From assembly GCA_004322215.1 (NCBI GenBank), contig SCSM01000007.1, positions 192,071-256,070 on the forward strand: a stretch of DNA of 64,000 nucleotides. Reading direction: 5' to 3'. The stretch is from Bacteroidota bacterium (GTDB lineage Bacteria; Bacteroidota; Ignavibacteria; Kapaibacteriales; UBA2268). Below the pieces are notes generated by a model that saw only the letters and a list, made by a program, of their open reading frames with translations, was not told the origin of the DNA and did not search any database. The translations under genes were made by a program, and so were the position numbers. Within the stretch, counting starts at the first letter, position 1, and each line of letters starts with the position of its first letter. Below, in pieces: positions 60,758 to 64,000 of this stretch.

Positions 60758-62071
60758 CTTCTTCTTTAGTAGTTCTGCTATCGTCGGCTTGCTGATTTCA
60801 GTCAACTCATAATATACTCTCGTATTCGGCTTTTTAATCTTAATATATCTTCCAAGATTAATCGGTGTACCTATAACCACCGAATCGCAGTTAGTCTTAT
60901 TTATTGTCGCCTCCAGGTCTTTCAATTGCTGTTCACCGTAACCCATAGCCGGTAAAAGAACACCGATATCAGGATATTTCTGAAATGTTTCTTTCAGCTT
61001 ACCGACAATGTATGGACGCGGGTCAATTAATTCAGCAGCACCATACCGGCGTGCAGCAACTGTTCCGGCACCGATTTCCATTTCTCCGTGTGTTAGTGTC
61101 GGACCATCCTCTACAACAAGTACTTTTTTATCATAAATAATTGAAGAGTCATCAACTGCAAGTGATGAAGCCGCCATAACAATCATAGCTTTCTTATTCA
61201 ATTTTCTGACATTATTCAATACAAATTCTATATCTTCGGGATATGCAGAATCAACTTTATTGACTACTATAACATCAGCCATTCTCACATTTACTTCACC
61301 GGGATAATAACCAATCTCGTCTCCAGGTCTTAGCGGGTCAACTACGACGATTGAAAAATCCGGCTTGTAAAAAGGCATATCATTATTTCCGCCATCCCAC
61401 ACAACTACATCCGCTTCTTTCTCCGCCTGACGTAGAATTGCTTCGTAATCAACGCCCGAATATATCACGCTACCCATCGCAATATGCGGCTCGTACTCTT
61501 CAATCTCCTCTATTGTACATTTATGTTTGAGCAGGTCTTCATATTTAGCAAATCTTTGCACTTTCTGCTTTGCCAAATCACCGTAAGGCATAGGATGCCT
61601 GACTGAAACAACTTTTTTCCCCATATCGAGCAATGCCCTTACGACAGCACGTGTAGTCTGGCTCTTGCCGCATCCGGTTCTCACTGCCGTAACTGATACA
61701 ACCGGCTTTGACGATTTAATCATCGTAGGATAAGAACCGAGCATTGAATATCTTGCACCGGCTGACATTACTCTCGAACCGATATGCATTACAGTTTCAT
61801 AAGAAAGGTCGCTGTATGACAACACACATTCATCAATATTATATTTTTTAATTAAATTTTCAAGTTCTTCTTCTGCGAAAATCGGAATACCTTTGGGATA
61901 TAATTTTCCAGCTAATGATTTTGGATATTTCCTCCCGTCAATATCAGGTATTTGAGCCGCTGTAAAAGCAACAACCTCATATTTGGAATTATCCCTGTAG
62001 CATACATTAAAATTGTGAAAATCTCTTCCCGCCGCTCCGATAATAATAATTCTTGTCTTCTTATAACTCAT
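60752..62071 (-). CDS. COG2403 cDPG-synthetase-like P-loop protein; candidate arginine synthetase (ArcE-like)
   Basis: GAAGRDFHNFN, AVRTGCGKS, RHPMPYG, EEYEPH, DGGNND, VEDGPTLTHG, LPAMGY; ATG at 62071 with GGAGA RBS. Confidence 0.75.
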   Translation of the reverse strand: MSYKKTRIIIIGAAGRDFHNFNVCYRDNSKYEVVAFTAAQIPDIDGRKYPKSLAGKLYPKGIPIFAEEELENLIKKYNIDECVLSYSDLSYETVMHIGSRVMSAGARYSMLGSYPTMIKSSKPVVSVTAVRTGCGKSQTTRAVVRALLDMGKKVVSVRHPMPYGDLAKQKVQRFAKYEDLLKHKCTIEEIEEYEPHIAMGSVIYSGVDYEAILRQAEKEADVVVWDGGNNDMPFYKPDFSIVVVDPLRPGDEIGYYPGEVNVRMADVIVVNKVDSAYPEDIEFVLNNVRKLNKKAMIVMAASSLAVDDSSIIYDKKVLVVEDGPTLTHGEMEIGAGTVAARRYGAAELIDPRPYIVGKLKETFQKYPDIGVLLPAMGYGEQQLKDLEATINKTNCDSVVIGTPINLGRYIKIKKPNTRVYYELTEISKPTIAELLKKKF

Positions 62072-62111
62072 AAAATCTCCATAACTATTCAACAAATTTT
62101 TTTCTAACTTT

Positions 62112-63308
62112 TTAATCTAATGCTTTAACGACTTTCTCGATTCTTTCGAAAGCCCAGTCAATTTCTTCTTTTGTAATTACAAGAGGAGGAGCAAATCGAA
62201 TCACATTATCATGTGTCTCTTTGCATAGAATTCCCTCATCCATCAACTTCTCGCAATATGGTCTGGCTTTGGTATCAAGAACAAAACCAATCCACAATCC
62301 CTTGCCTCTCACTTCAACCAAATGTTTGCTTTTTATTGTTCTCGATTTTTCAATAAAATAATTTCCCATCTCAAATGAACGTTCAATTAGTTTTTCTTCA
62401 CCCAATACCTTCAATGAAGCTCTCGCAACCGCTGCAGCGAGCGGATTGCCGCCAAATGTTGAACCATGGTCTCCCGGTTTAAATACTCCAAGTATCTCTT
62501 TACTCGAAAGCACAGCTGAAACAGGATAGAAGCCACCCGATAATGCCTTCCCGATAATCACCATATCAGGTCTGACTTTCTCATACTCAAAAGCGAAAAG
62601 TTTTCCGCTTCTTCCCAATCCCGATTGAATCTCATCACATATAAAAAGCACATTATTCTCTTTACAAATCTTTTCAACTTCCTTCAAATATCCTGCAGGA
62701 GGTACAACTATTCCTGCTTCTCCCTGAATTGGCTCTACGAGAAATGCTGCTGTATTACTGTTTATTTTGGATTTCAAATCTTCGATATCGCCATATTTCA
62801 CAATTGGAAATCCCGGTGTCATCGGACCGAAACCATCCTTATATTGTGCTTCTGTCGAAAAACTTACAATTGTTACAGTTCTTCCGTGAAAATTATTTTC
62901 AGCACAAATTATTTCAGCTTTATTTTCAGGAATTCCTTTAACTTTATATCCCCATTTCCTTGCTGCTTTCACTGCTGTTTCAACTGCTTCTGCACCTGAA
63001 TTCATTGGCAAAGCAACATCATATCCCGTCAAATCATGAAGGTCTTTGTACAACAAAGGAAGCTGGTCGTTCCTGAAAGCACGACTTGTTAAAGTAACTT
63101 TCCCTGCTTGTTCTGTGAATGCCTGCATAATTTTTGGGTGGCAATGTCCCTGGTTAACTGCTGAATATGCGGCTAAGCAATCAAGATATTTCTTCCCTTC
63201 GACATCAGTAACCCAAACACCTTCTGCTTTTGTAACAACTACATCCAGAGGATGATAATTATGTGCTCCGTATTTCTCTTCTAATTCTATAAAATCTTTT
63301 GTTTTCAT
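62112..63308 (-). CDS. rocD: Ornithine--oxo-acid aminotransferase
   Basis: GAHNYHPL, AYSAVNQGHCHP, MNSGAEAVETA, DEIQSGLGR, GKALSGG, HGSTFGGNP. Confidence 0.93.
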   Translation of the reverse strand: MKTKDFIELEEKYGAHNYHPLDVVVTKAEGVWVTDVEGKKYLDCLAAYSAVNQGHCHPKIMQAFTEQAGKVTLTSRAFRNDQLPLLYKDLHDLTGYDVALPMNSGAEAVETAVKAARKWGYKVKGIPENKAEIICAENNFHGRTVTIVSFSTEAQYKDGFGPMTPGFPIVKYGDIEDLKSKINSNTAAFLVEPIQGEAGIVVPPAGYLKEVEKICKENNVLFICDEIQSGLGRSGKLFAFEYEKVRPDMVIIGKALSGGFYPVSAVLSSKEILGVFKPGDHGSTFGGNPLAAAVARASLKVLGEEKLIERSFEMGNYFIEKSRTIKSKHLVEVRGKGLWIGFVLDTKARPYCEKLMDEGILCKETHDNVIRFAPPLVITKEEIDWAFERIEKVVKALD

Positions 63309-63582
63309 AATCTCTCTTATTTATTTCTTAAATTAATTTATTAGTCTCCGCAGAATATATTTTTATAATAATTTATAATTTTCAATTTTTAATTTATAAT
63401 GAATTTTTAATAAACAAATTTTCAATTTTTAATCTTTTATGCATTTATCCTTAATAAGAATATTTTTCATATTACCAATTTCATTTTTTAAATAATGCAT
63501 TAAAAATTTCAAATTTAATATTCAATAAAAATTAAAAATTAAAAATTTTTACTCTTATAATAACACACAATCCTAATATGAG

Positions 63583-64000
63583 TTATTCATTATCAAAAAG
63601 CATTGTAAGTAATGCCATTCTAACATACAATCCATTCCTTGCCTGCCTGAAATATGCCGCCCTCGGGTCACTGTCAACTGCCGGATTAATTTCTACTGAC
63701 CTCGGAAGCGGATGCATTATGATTGAATTATACTTCATCTTCTTCAATACATTCGTATCAATATTATACTTTGTCAAATCAATATCCTTGTGTTTCAGCC
63801 GCTCCTTATCAATTCTTGTCTGGTAAACCACATCAACTTTGCTTATAATATCATCAGTTTTTGATGAGAGATGATATGATACACCCTTCTCATCAAGATG
63901 CTCAAGTATATCCGGCTTTATTTGAAGTTCATCGGGTGCGATGAAATATAATTTAATCCTTTCGAACTTGCTCAAAAGATAAGCAAGTGAACGTGCTGTT
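63583..64000 (-). CDS. pyrB: Aspartate carbamoyltransferase catalytic subunit, C-terminal part (partial, starts beyond window end)
   Basis: Frame open to the window edge (TARSLAYLLSK...); VYQTRIDKER, IIMHPLPR, AYFRQARNGLYVRMALL. Confidence 0.88.
   Translation of the reverse strand, partial: TARSLAYLLSKFERIKLYFIAPDELQIKPDILEHLDEKGVSYHLSSKTDDIISKVDVVYQTRIDKERLKHKDIDLTKYNIDTNVLKKMKYNSIIMHPLPRSVEINPAVDSDPRAAYFRQARNGLYVRMALLTMLFDNE

Noticed and set aside
63583..64000. Carbamoyltransferase as the OTC of an arc cluster with rocD and the arcE-like gene
   Set aside because: HPLPR and YQTRI.KER motifs indicate aspartate carbamoyltransferase (OTC has HCLP), and a 274-bp gap separates it from rocD

Overview
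AT-rich bacterial chromosomal window, roughly one-third GC by eye. T9SS C-terminal sorting domains, TAnnTTTG promoter boxes and gene content point to the FCB group (Ignavibacteria/Kapabacteria-like; this is an inference). In order: the start of a Wsp-like chemosensory operon (cheW-cheR/TPR-cheW-mcp-cheA); a TetR-hemerythrin-DUF6448-cupin operon with a perfect 20-bp operator; ndh; a TPR-CHAT protein lacking its catalytic His; ABC-F and P-type ATPases; a 9-gene arsenic/thiol-redox operon; queE; a T9SS beta-propeller protein; pilM-like and rsmD genes; an aldehyde dehydrogenase; two paralogous small beta-barrel genes, one with an N-terminal OmpA domain; GH57; a VOC pseudogene; scpBA; a REPIN-like element; alr; a PorE-like lipoprotein; an orphan hicB; manC; hutI; a stand-alone EF-G; a three-gene defence-like cassette (EcoRV-like REase, m6A MTase, uncharacterised PD-(D/E)xK nuclease fusion); a T9SS FG-GAP protein; prfB with its +1 frameshift; clpC; a hicAB/REP hotspot; and arcE-like, rocD and partial pyrB genes. 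No CRISPR array, rRNA, tRNA or transposase was seen. The best candidate for an undescribed system is the RM-linked nuclease fusion. GATC is also strongly depleted across the window. All assignments come from motif recognition by eye; no database searches were run.
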